From IMG/VR virus record IMGVR_UViG_3300022602_000031, positions 1-64,000 of that record: a DNA stretch of 64,000 nucleotides. One strand, 5' to 3'. The stretch comes from a virus. Positions within the stretch are counted from its first letter, which is position 1; each line of letters opens with the position of its first letter. Made by a program: the position numbers and the translations under genes. Below, one piece after another: positions 18,409-26,910 of this stretch. The notes beneath the pieces were generated by a model, which was not told the origin of the DNA, did not search any database, and saw only the letters and a list, made by a program, of their open reading frames with translations.

Positions 18409-20366
18409 TAATAGACTTTCTGTAAAAAGCAAAGTGCGTAGTAAGGTGGGCGATTATCAAATGCTGTACCAGCACCAGTTGACGCAGTATTTCCAGAAAT
18501 AGTTAACGAATGTAAGTGGTCATTGGCAGTATTAATGCTGACGCCAATACCAGTGCTAGCAGTTGTTGTATTCCATAATCTTCCACCGCCACTGGCTACA
18601 CTGGTAGCATCGTATCCAAAACTGTCAACTGATGATCCACTCCAGTTAGCACGGCCGGCAGCAAATGCTAGCTGATCGTCACCCGGCATAACGTGTGCGT
18701 GTCCATTGTCAGTTATTGCCACTCCGTGTGAGTGACTACCAGCAGTATTTGTATTGCCAGTTAATGTTACAAAGTGGTTATGGCTTGGTAACATAGCAGT
18801 AGTTAGTGTAGTGGTGTTTTGACCAGCTGAGTCGCCAACATTATAATTGTTTCCAGCGCCTACAATAAATCTATCTTGTAAATCTGGTGTACCACCAGTG
18901 CCATCACATAAATGCCAGCCACTTGGAATATTAGAAACTAAACCGCCCCACATAATAATCATACCAGTTGGCATAACATTATGAACAAAAGCGGTAGTAG
19001 CTACGTTGGCAGTACGATCATTAGTTGCTGGAGTATTTGCAATAGCATTTACTAAGTTTGCTCGAGTAACAACAGGAGTAGTTATTGATACATTTGCTAG
19101 CGTACCGCCGGTGACCTGTGCGTTGCCAGTGCTAAAGTTTGTAATAGTAGCATTACCAGAACCTAAGTTAGTTAAACCAGCGATACTACCACTGCTGATA
19201 CTAATAGAAGTTGTAGTTAAATTTTGGAAGGATGCGGTTGCCGCACTTAAATTAGTAAGGCCATTAACGTTACCGCCGGTGATAAGAGCATTACCAGTAC
19301 TAAAGTTTGTAGCGGTTTCATTTACCGATGTTGCATTTGTTACAGATGAGTTACCACCAGTAATTTGTGCGTTGCCTGTACGTAAATTAGCAACAATTTC
19401 TGTTGTTACGTTAATGGTAGAAAAAGAACCAGTTGTAGCTGAAATGTTAGCAAGGCCTGTTGCTGTGCCTCCTGTGATTACAGCATTGGCTGTACTGAGA
19501 TTTGTAGCTGTTAATGTTAGGGTTGTTACATTTGATACTGTAATATATCCGCCAGCAATCACAGCGTTAGCTGTACTAAAGTTTGTTATTTGCCCACGAC
19601 TACTTTGTACGTTACCAGTCAATGACCCAACTAGTGTAGTTGCTACAACGTTACCAGTTAAGTTACCAACTACGTCACCAGTTAAGTTACCAAACACTGG
19701 TCCAGTTAATGTGCCAGATATAGACTGAGCAACTACGTTACCGGTTAGGGTACCAACAATGTTGGTATTAATCGAAGCAGTCATTGAACTGTTAAATGTA
19801 ATACCAGGTTTTACTAAGGTAAAACCAGATAATCCTGAAGCAGGAGCAAACGTTGGATCTCCGCTGACTGTAGCAATAACTACATTACCATACTGTAGTT
19901 GAAGAATATTATGTACAGTACCTAGCGTATCAACTACCGGAACAGGTACTGCACCGCTGATACCTTGTGCTCTAGTGTATGCTGGCCCAATTAAATTCCA
20001 ATCAGTTCCATCAAACAAATAAAACTGACTTGTACCAGTATTAAACCAAGTATCGCCGGGTTTAGTACCAGCTGGTTGTAGATTACTTACAATAACACCA
20101 GATACTGGAACATATCCAGCACTTGTAAATACGTTTAATGTTTGTTGTTGTGTGTTAAACCAAAGTTGTCCAGGTACATTTTGACCGCCGGGTGCTGTGT
20201 TTCCCGCAAAATTCTCTAGTAGATATACTAAGTTTTGGTTAAGATACTGCCCATAGCCTACATAATTTGGGCCAGGGAAAGTCAGCGAGGTTGAATTGTC
20301 TGCAAACCCGTCGTTAATTGTTTGTATTAATACGTTGCCGTTATAATGATTAATTGTGTATGGCAT
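18408..20366 (-). CDS. Tail fibre with C-terminal tail-collar/tip domain
   Basis: Shared N-terminal domain, low-complexity shaft, and MPTGMIIMWGG..PSGWHLCDGTGGTPDLQDRFIVGAG..PSHNH..PPYYAL. Confidence 0.85.
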   Translation of the reverse strand: MPYTINHYNGNVLIQTINDGFADNSTSLTFPGPNYVGYGQYLNQNLVYLLENFAGNTAPGGQNVPGQLWFNTQQQTLNVFTSAGYVPVSGVIVSNLQPAGTKPGDTWFNTGTSQFYLFDGTDWNLIGPAYTRAQGISGAVPVPVVDTLGTVHNILQLQYGNVVIATVSGDPTFAPASGLSGFTLVKPGITFNSSMTASINTNIVGTLTGNVVAQSISGTLTGPVFGNLTGDVVGNLTGNVVATTLVGSLTGNVQSSRGQITNFSTANAVIAGGYITVSNVTTLTLTATNLSTANAVITGGTATGLANISATTGSFSTINVTTEIVANLRTGNAQITGGNSSVTNATSVNETATNFSTGNALITGGNVNGLTNLSAATASFQNLTTTSISISSGSIAGLTNLGSGNATITNFSTGNAQVTGGTLANVSITTPVVTRANLVNAIANTPATNDRTANVATTAFVHNVMPTGMIIMWGGLVSNIPSGWHLCDGTGGTPDLQDRFIVGAGNNYNVGDSAGQNTTTLTTAMLPSHNHFVTLTGNTNTAGSHSHGVAITDNGHAHVMPGDDQLAFAAGRANWSGSSVDSFGYDATSVASGGGRLWNTTTASTGIGVSINTANDHLHSLTISGNTASTGAGTAFDNRPPYYALCFLQKVY

Positions 20367-20400
20367 ATTTTATTCCGTTATACTGTACTTATCAAAATTA

Positions 20401-20712
20401 TTACTTTGGTACTGTAGTGTAATTTGGGTCTTGTTGTGGCCCCCAATAAATTCTTACTAGCCCCGGCGCACCTGCGCCTCCGCCCCAGTTAAGTGGACCG
20501 GTTCTATCTGTAAATCCTGCTCCACCGCCGCCGGCTCCATAGCCTTGGCCGTCTTTGCCGGTGCTATCCCCAGGGACGCCGCCAGCGCCACCTGTGCCAA
20601 AAGGTGTACTGCCACCTGCACCGCCGGATCCTGAACTGCTATCTCCGCTACCGCCTTGCCCGTCAGCACCTGGGCTGCCGTTTGGGGTTCCACCTGCTCC
20701 ACCGCCTGCCAT
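20401..20712 (-). CDS. Gly-rich 103-aa protein; resembles the C-terminal half of a Gly-rich tail domain
   Basis: MAGGGAGG..STPFGTGG..YGAGGGG..GAPGLVRIYW; ATG lies 1 nt after the upstream TAA. Confidence 0.65.
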   Translation of the reverse strand: MAGGGAGGTPNGSPGADGQGGSGDSSSGSGGAGGSTPFGTGGAGGVPGDSTGKDGQGYGAGGGGAGFTDRTGPLNWGGGAGAPGLVRIYWGPQQDPNYTTVPK

Positions 20713-20713
20713 A

Positions 20714-22480
20714 TTATTTGCCCTTTCCTATTAGTACAATAGCTCTTAATAATACAAATACCGCAATAAGAGCTAGCCCTTTAACAAATCCTGCTGGTTT
20801 ACGTGCTGGCCCAAATATCCGACGCCATACTCCTACAGCATAACTGATTGGTGTACCTACAATCATCAGTGCTAATCCTGTACGATCGTTTTTGTGTGCC
20901 ATCCAATTGGCCCACGGTGTTGCTATTGCCTGTGCCCATCGAGTGGACCACTGTTGTGCCGCTGTGCTAAATTCATCATCTGACATCCAAGGCATCATCT
21001 TAGGACCTTGCCCGTTCATCCAATCAACTACAATTTCAGCCCAGGCACGATATCCGTTATAAATGTCTGGGTAACTTTCAACTAAACGAGCGCCAAACGC
21101 TTGGTCGGCTTCGTAAATATCTTTGGGTAGTAGTCCAAGTTCATAGAGCTTAGTACAGATGATCTTGCCGCCACCACCCCCACCGGTATCTGCGCTGGCT
21201 CCACCGCCGCCTCCACGTCCACCTGTAACCACAATATGTCCGTCTAAACCTGTAATTGCTGTGCTTGAGCCAGGTGCTCCGCCAGGTGCTCCGGTTGTTC
21301 TTCCGACTACTGGTGCTCCACCGCCGCCTTGACCAATAGTAATAGTCAGTTGCTCGCCAGGACTTACTGTCATAGTTTGTCCTTGTACGTAGCCAGCTCC
21401 ACCACCACCGCCTCCAGCATCACCTACACCTACTTCTTCTCCACCTCCGCCGCCACCTCCGCCAGCAACGGCATCTATGGTAACCTGGAAAATTCCAGGT
21501 GGAACTGTAAATGTATAGGTATTAGTAGTGCCAGACAAACTGTTATTAACAGCCTGTACATACTCGGCAGCCTGTATACAACTTATAAAACTATTTTGTT
21601 GTGCTTCATTGCCGCCGTCTAGTGTTGGGTCAAACACGTAATTTAAGAATGTACCAATTGGATCGCTAGAATCAGCTATGTCTACTGGATTTCCATTTTT
21701 ATCAATTACTACTACTGCGCCGGAGCTGAATGCGTTTGGTGCTATAACATTGTTGGCAGTAATAGGATAAGGTGTAACCTGGCTTAGATAAAATAATTGG
21801 TTGGACGCACGAACACTACTTGCGTAATCTAGCTGTCCGGCGTTGGTGTTGTTTACACCTTGTGCTAACTTTGCCGCATCGGCAGGTAAAACCCCAGACA
21901 GGACTCCTTGAGATGTTGTTAAATCTAGTGTACCATCTGGGTTAAATGTAATTTTACCAGTGCTCGGAAAGAATTGTTTCCATTCTCCGTTGATCTTTGT
22001 CCACCCTTGTGCTACTTCAACAAAAGGACCAAACCCGCTTGGGGCGCCTTTGGTTGTAAATATAGATTCTGATGCTGGTGTATCTGTAGTATAAGTATGT
22101 GTCCAGGTATATCCATCAAAAGATATATCCCCGCCACTGAATAAACGTGATGGGCTAACATAACTTATTATTACTTTACCATCAGCACTGGCACCCAAGC
22201 CTGAATCTGTTTCAACACATCCAGACGGTACTAGACTTCCGCCATTACTTCCGCTATAAGCACCATCGTTTTCGCCGTATTGGTTTCCGCCAACACCACC
22301 GCCGTAGCCTCCACCTCCACCACCACCTCCCCCGCCCTGGGGTCCTGTGTTGTGTCCACCACCTCCCCCGCCACCACCACCTCCGTAGATACGGCCGCCT
22401 CCCACTTTAGTCTGGGTAGCACTATCTCCTAGGGGTTCACCTAGAGAATATAATTGGCGTCGGCTATAGTATTGGCTCAT
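20714..22480 (-). CDS. Gly-rich tail-associated protein with N-terminal leader and C-terminal KIICT domain
   Basis: Leader MSQYYSRRQLYSLGEPLGDS..GGRIY-G10, Gly-rich segments and GGGGGG-KIICTKLY domain (20714-21166). Confidence 0.7.
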   Translation of the reverse strand: MSQYYSRRQLYSLGEPLGDSATQTKVGGGRIYGGGGGGGGGGHNTGPQGGGGGGGGGGYGGGVGGNQYGENDGAYSGSNGGSLVPSGCVETDSGLGASADGKVIISYVSPSRLFSGGDISFDGYTWTHTYTTDTPASESIFTTKGAPSGFGPFVEVAQGWTKINGEWKQFFPSTGKITFNPDGTLDLTTSQGVLSGVLPADAAKLAQGVNNTNAGQLDYASSVRASNQLFYLSQVTPYPITANNVIAPNAFSSGAVVVIDKNGNPVDIADSSDPIGTFLNYVFDPTLDGGNEAQQNSFISCIQAAEYVQAVNNSLSGTTNTYTFTVPPGIFQVTIDAVAGGGGGGGGEEVGVGDAGGGGGGAGYVQGQTMTVSPGEQLTITIGQGGGGAPVVGRTTGAPGGAPGSSTAITGLDGHIVVTGGRGGGGGASADTGGGGGGKIICTKLYELGLLPKDIYEADQAFGARLVESYPDIYNGYRAWAEIVVDWMNGQGPKMMPWMSDDEFSTAAQQWSTRWAQAIATPWANWMAHKNDRTGLALMIVGTPISYAVGVWRRIFGPARKPAGFVKGLALIAVFVLLRAIVLIGKGK

Positions 22481-22911
22481 AATTTAGTTTCTACAACAAT
22501 TCCTCGTTCACGGTATCCAAACATTCTGGCATATCGCGCCATACTTTTTCTAACAAACCCTTGTATTTTAGTAGCACCATATGATTTTAATATACGTTCT
22601 AATTGAGCATTTGTAGCAGGGTTGCTAACTAAGTGCCCACCTATATAAGTCATAAATGCTACCTTATCGTTGGGATATTCAATAAAAGTAAATGTTGCGG
22701 CTCCGTGTATTTCCTTATTTTCATCTTCTGCTATTAGCAGTATCCATCTATCTGTTACTATCAATTCTAATTTAATCTGCTCAATAGTATGATCACCATA
22801 CCCCCAAGGTTGAGCTCGACCAATGTATTCCTCTACTTTAGGCCATAACGCTGTTAGCTCTGGCCCAATGACTCGGCGTACTGTTAGGCCTGTGATTGGT
22901 TTGTTTTCCAT
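22477..22911 (-). CDS. GNAT-like acyltransferase
   Basis: 144-aa alpha/beta pattern (W.LLIAED..IHGAATF..VAFMTYIGG..YGATKIQG..R..GY) resembling phage GNATs that precede internal virion proteins. Confidence 0.55.
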   Translation of the reverse strand: MENKPITGLTVRRVIGPELTALWPKVEEYIGRAQPWGYGDHTIEQIKLELIVTDRWILLIAEDENKEIHGAATFTFIEYPNDKVAFMTYIGGHLVSNPATNAQLERILKSYGATKIQGFVRKSMARYARMFGYRERGIVVETKL

Positions 22912-23102
22912 GCTTCAAAATTAGCAATAACTGGATGAGCAATATTTCTATCTTGACCGCTGATATGTAGTAACAAAGGTAAATTTGGCATTAACTTTAA
23001 CATTAATCCAGTATTGTTTACCAGTATGTTGTACAGTTGATCGCGTTCAGCATCACTTAAACTATTGATAACCTGTTCACTTAAACTATCTATTGTATAC
23101 AT
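22884..23102 (-). CDS. Hypothetical protein, 72 aa
   Basis: Translationally coupled ORF with the motif HISGQDR..HPV..FEAWK. Confidence 0.6.
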   Translation of the reverse strand: MYTIDSLSEQVINSLSDAERDQLYNILVNNTGLMLKLMPNLPLLLHISGQDRNIAHPVIANFEAWKTNQSQA

Positions 23103-23103
23103 T

Positions 23104-24129
23104 TTATTTTCCTAACAATTTTCCAATGGTTACTACAGTTCGTAGTAGCGTAAATACACCAATTAAGGCTAGCCCTTTAACAAATCCAGCTGGCTTTTTG
23201 CTGGCACCAAATACTCGACGCCATACACCTACCCCGTAACTAATTGGAGTACCAACTACCATTAAGGCAAATCCAGTACGGCTGTTGCGATTAGCCATCC
23301 AATTGGCCCAAGGAGTTGCTATTGCCTGTGCCCACCGAGTGGACCAGTTAATTTGTGCCTGCCGACGTTGCTCTGTGTCACGTATCCAGAACATCATTTG
23401 TGGGCCATCACCCGACATCCAATCGACTACTATTTCTGCCCAAGCTCTATAGCCATTATATACATCTGGGTAACGTTCAACTAAGCGAGCACCAAATGCT
23501 TGGTCTGCCGCATAAATGTCTTCAGGCAATAATCCCAACTGATATAGTTTGGTACAGATGATCTTGCCACCACCGCCACCCCCAACATATTGATTACCAC
23601 CAGATGTTTTGTCTTGTCCGGGTAATCCATATTGGTGTCCGTCGCTAGTATAGCCTTGATTTGCTCGACCATCAGAGCTGGCTCCGCCGCCACCTCCACC
23701 TCCGCCGCCTCCGGCAACGATTTTTAATTGTTTGTTTAGCAATAGTACGGTTGCTCCACCACCACCGCCTCCAGAGTTACCACCACCGGATCCAGCCGAT
23801 CCACCATTGGCTCCATTGAATCCTAGATTGTTTGCGCCACCACTGCCACCTCCAGCTCCGGCGCCTCCTGAACCTGCTCCGCCACCTGCGCCAATAGCTA
23901 CAGTAATTTGATCGCTATAGCCTAGTGTAAGATTGCCAGTGACCTGACGCCCGTTATAACCAGGGTATCCATTGCCGCCACCAGATCCACCACTGCCGCC
24001 AATAATTGTAACGCTAACAACAACAGTATTACCAGTATTACTGGCCAGTGGATTATTGTGGTCGGCTACCCTCGGAGTAGTTTCGACCCAAAGTCCGTTC
24101 TTTTTAACAAATATTCCACGTCCGTACAT
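23104..24129 (-). CDS. Gly-rich tail-associated protein with C-terminal KIICT domain
   Basis: Gly-rich domain that breaks off at GQDKTSGG.., then GGGGGG-KIICTKLY domain (23104-23565). Confidence 0.7.
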   Translation of the reverse strand: MYGRGIFVKKNGLWVETTPRVADHNNPLASNTGNTVVVSVTIIGGSGGSGGGNGYPGYNGRQVTGNLTLGYSDQITVAIGAGGGAGSGGAGAGGGSGGANNLGFNGANGGSAGSGGGNSGGGGGGATVLLLNKQLKIVAGGGGGGGGGGASSDGRANQGYTSDGHQYGLPGQDKTSGGNQYVGGGGGGKIICTKLYQLGLLPEDIYAADQAFGARLVERYPDVYNGYRAWAEIVVDWMSGDGPQMMFWIRDTEQRRQAQINWSTRWAQAIATPWANWMANRNSRTGFALMVVGTPISYGVGVWRRVFGASKKPAGFVKGLALIGVFTLLRTVVTIGKLLGK

Positions 24130-24132
24130 GAC

Positions 24133-26205
24133 TTAGCTTACTTGGAACCAGAAGTCGCCATCATTACCACCGCTTGGTGGCTGGCTACTTACTGTATAGT
24201 TGAATTTCTGACCCTGGATACTTTGAGCAACATAGGCTGTAGTTGCTATGCGTGTTGTACTATCTCCACTTAGTGGTGTTCCAACATTTGACTGCCAGGT
24301 TAAACTTGACAGCGTAGGAGCTGCCGCGTTGCCTGTTAGTGTTGGACTGTCAATGTTTGCTTTGAGAGCATTTAACTGTGCTATTTGTGTATTCAAATAG
24401 TTTGTTAATGTAGTTACACGATTAACATAATCGCCATAGACTAAATTTGCTGTAGCATCAACATAAGCCGTAGTAGCGATGTTAGCACTATTATCACCAA
24501 GTCCAGGATATTGTAAACCTGTACTGTATAATTGTATGCCAGTAATCGCGTTGTTTAAATTAATGCCGTTAACAGCCATTATACTTGGCTGTGCTACGTT
24601 TAATGATCCACTTACTACAGATACATTAACTTGGGTAGCACCATTTACCGCATCTTGAACAGCAAAATTAGCTGTGGTATGTGTTCGGCCTGTGTACAAA
24701 TATTGAATATTGTTGGGGTCAATGTAACTAAATGAATTAGCGTAGACATTACCGTAGACAATATAACTATTACCTGTAGCTGTATTTTCAATCAAACTGT
24801 TTAGTGAATAGTTTGTATTTGGTTGCCAGGTTTGGGCAACTAATATCTGTGTTAGGTAATCGCCTTCGTTGAATACACCCGATGGACTTTCTAGAGTAAT
24901 TACGTATTCACTGCCTTGTAGACTAGAAATATAATTGTTCATAGTCTGTACGTTTGGTGCTGTTGGTATGCCAGTAAACGCAGGGCTATCAGTAGTTGCC
25001 AAATATGACAAATAATTATCTATAGAATTGATTTCAGTCTGTACAATGCCAAATTCAATATTGGCAAAATTAAATCTAGAATCAGTTGAAGAACTTAATG
25101 TAGAAACATTTGAATTAATCAATGCCTGTGCGGTTGTAAGGTTAGCTGTTGCTTGAGCAATAATAACCTGTAGCTCTGAGCCAATGCTAGTTGAAAAATC
25201 TGATAATGTATTATTAACCTGTCCAGTTAATGTTGTAACATTGGCATTGATACCAGATTGAATACTGTCAACATAATTTTTAGTAGCAATACCTTTTGAT
25301 GTTACAGGATCACCATAAACAGTTGCTAAACCAGTTACACCATCAATGTGTAAAGTATTGATATTGCCCAGGCCTGAATTTACATAAAAATTAACATTGC
25401 CTTGGTAAGCGTTGTTGTGTACAGCAATATTATTGTTACTAGTAAAGCGTATGTTAGCGTAACCAAATGTAATGTTTCCTGCAACACTAATGTCTGACGC
25501 AAACGCATTATATTGATCTCTGCGAGCAAATTGTGCAGGAGTGATGTTGGCCAATAAAGTACTGTTGGTAGCAGTACCATTATATAAACTATTATTGTTT
25601 GTGTTAAGATTAATTCCTGGCTTGATAGTTGTAAAACCAGCAATAGGAGTTAATGGAGTAAAAGTAGAATCGTAATTTGTAACACTAATTAAATTGCCAC
25701 TACTGTAGGCATTTACTACGACATGGTATATACCAGCTGGATCTAATATTGTTTCTACAAAACTACCGCTCTTGCCATAGGTAGAGCTAGCCTGCGGGCC
25801 AATCAACTGCCACTGAGTACCGTCCCAGGTATTAAGTTGGTTGTTGACGTTGTCGTACCATTGATCACCGGCGTGTAGTGTGATGTTGCCGGATGCTAGT
25901 GGAGCAGAACTAGCAATAATGCGTCCTGTTGAATAATTCCAATTGGAGCCATCATATACACGCAGTACCTGATTGGTAGTATCATACCAAACTGTACCTG
26001 TTTGTGTGTTTAATGCCGCTACTGTCTGACTAGGCGGTAGCGTGTCGGCAAAGTTTTCTAATAGACGAACAAAGTTTTGATTTTGTGCGTCGCCGTAAGA
26101 TGGGGTATTGCGGCCAATAAGATTAACGCCGGTACTGGAATCAATGTATCCATCGCCTAGGTTAATTAATACGGTTCCGTCTGTTCTGGTTAAGTTATAG
26201 GCCAT
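24133..26205 (-). CDS. Tail fibre/baseplate-attached structural protein
   Basis: Third copy of the shared N-terminal domain (LIGRNTPSYG..NFVRLLENFA), a coiled segment and C-terminal PSGGNDGDFW. Confidence 0.7.
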   Translation of the reverse strand: MAYNLTRTDGTVLINLGDGYIDSSTGVNLIGRNTPSYGDAQNQNFVRLLENFADTLPPSQTVAALNTQTGTVWYDTTNQVLRVYDGSNWNYSTGRIIASSAPLASGNITLHAGDQWYDNVNNQLNTWDGTQWQLIGPQASSTYGKSGSFVETILDPAGIYHVVVNAYSSGNLISVTNYDSTFTPLTPIAGFTTIKPGINLNTNNNSLYNGTATNSTLLANITPAQFARRDQYNAFASDISVAGNITFGYANIRFTSNNNIAVHNNAYQGNVNFYVNSGLGNINTLHIDGVTGLATVYGDPVTSKGIATKNYVDSIQSGINANVTTLTGQVNNTLSDFSTSIGSELQVIIAQATANLTTAQALINSNVSTLSSSTDSRFNFANIEFGIVQTEINSIDNYLSYLATTDSPAFTGIPTAPNVQTMNNYISSLQGSEYVITLESPSGVFNEGDYLTQILVAQTWQPNTNYSLNSLIENTATGNSYIVYGNVYANSFSYIDPNNIQYLYTGRTHTTANFAVQDAVNGATQVNVSVVSGSLNVAQPSIMAVNGINLNNAITGIQLYSTGLQYPGLGDNSANIATTAYVDATANLVYGDYVNRVTTLTNYLNTQIAQLNALKANIDSPTLTGNAAAPTLSSLTWQSNVGTPLSGDSTTRIATTAYVAQSIQGQKFNYTVSSQPPSGGNDGDFWFQVS

Positions 26206-26211
26206 ATTCTA

Positions 26212-26910
26212 TTATCCGTTTGAACTTAAATTTGTTAAGGTTTGAATACGCACGGTGTAATCGATTTGAATTAAGCGGTTTAGTGCTTTTTGTACAGGGT
26301 GAAAAATTACGTGTGTTAATAGCAAACCAGTTGATGTTAGTCCGCTTGTATCATCAGTACTACGACCGCGTAGGCCTAGTTCATCAAATACATACTCGCT
26401 GTTTAGACTTTGGCTGTTATCAAACAAACTTTGGCCACTTGGCTCACCGTAGTCCAACAAGCAACTAACTAAAATATCTGTGTAAACTGTACCGGGAATA
26501 TGTGTTACAGTCATTTTATTGTTTAAAGGGTTAAGATTATTAACCGCAGTATCATCAACAATCTTACTATAGGTTGGATTGTATAAGTTACTATTTTGTC
26601 CAATGGTATTGGTGGGCAAATAGGTAATAATACCAGTGGTATCTACACTAGTGCCGCCGTTACCAAAGTTCATTTCATAGATAAAATTCTGCCCTTTATT
26701 GGCAATACTGCTGGCCAACGCAACACTAAGATTTTCATAGTGAATAGCGTTTGATTTATCTACAAAAACTTCATTGGTTTCTGGATCAAAAATCTTAATG
26801 TGCCCACGAGCATATATTCCTGACTGCTCATCTGGCTTCTTTTGTGTATTTTCCACTGTTTCTTCCTTTAAATCTTGATGTTGATTATTATTGTATTCAG
26901 TATTTATCAT
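26212..26910 (-). CDS. Virion structural protein (true start possibly GTG at 26856)
   Basis: 232-aa ORF between baseplate and fibre genes; a late-promoter motif overlaps the listed ATG, and an SD-like AAGGAAG precedes the GTG. Confidence 0.6.
   Translation of the reverse strand: MINTEYNNNQHQDLKEETVENTQKKPDEQSGIYARGHIKIFDPETNEVFVDKSNAIHYENLSVALASSIANKGQNFIYEMNFGNGGTSVDTTGIITYLPTNTIGQNSNLYNPTYSKIVDDTAVNNLNPLNNKMTVTHIPGTVYTDILVSCLLDYGEPSGQSLFDNSQSLNSEYVFDELGLRGRSTDDTSGLTSTGLLLTHVIFHPVQKALNRLIQIDYTVRIQTLTNLSSNG

Larger units (their letters stand above)
20714..23565 (-). repeat. Two diverged copies of a roughly 150-codon domain (20714-21166 and 23104-23565)
   Basis: By-eye alignment gives about three-quarters amino-acid identity, with many synonymous changes. 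Confidence 0.9.

Noticed and set aside
19006-19728. 240-aa plus-strand ORF, and similar shadow ORFs (e.g. 16403-16837, 3289-3738, 56928-57443)
   Set aside because: They are antisense to well-supported genes with biased codons and have no motifs, so they are frame shadows.
20712-20716. Readthrough or frameshift joining ORF B to ORF C
   Set aside because: C starts with its own ATG 1 nt after TAA and no slippery site is present; re-initiation is simpler.
20714-23565. Insertion sequence or canonical intein
   Set aside because: No transposase, terminal inverted repeats or exact target duplication; no C-terminal HN-[CST] motif, and the domain ends at a stop codon.
20401-24129. CRISPR array or VNTR suggested by the (ccacc)n tracts
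   Set aside because: The tracts are in-frame GGN codons with variable third positions and have no repeat-spacer periodicity.
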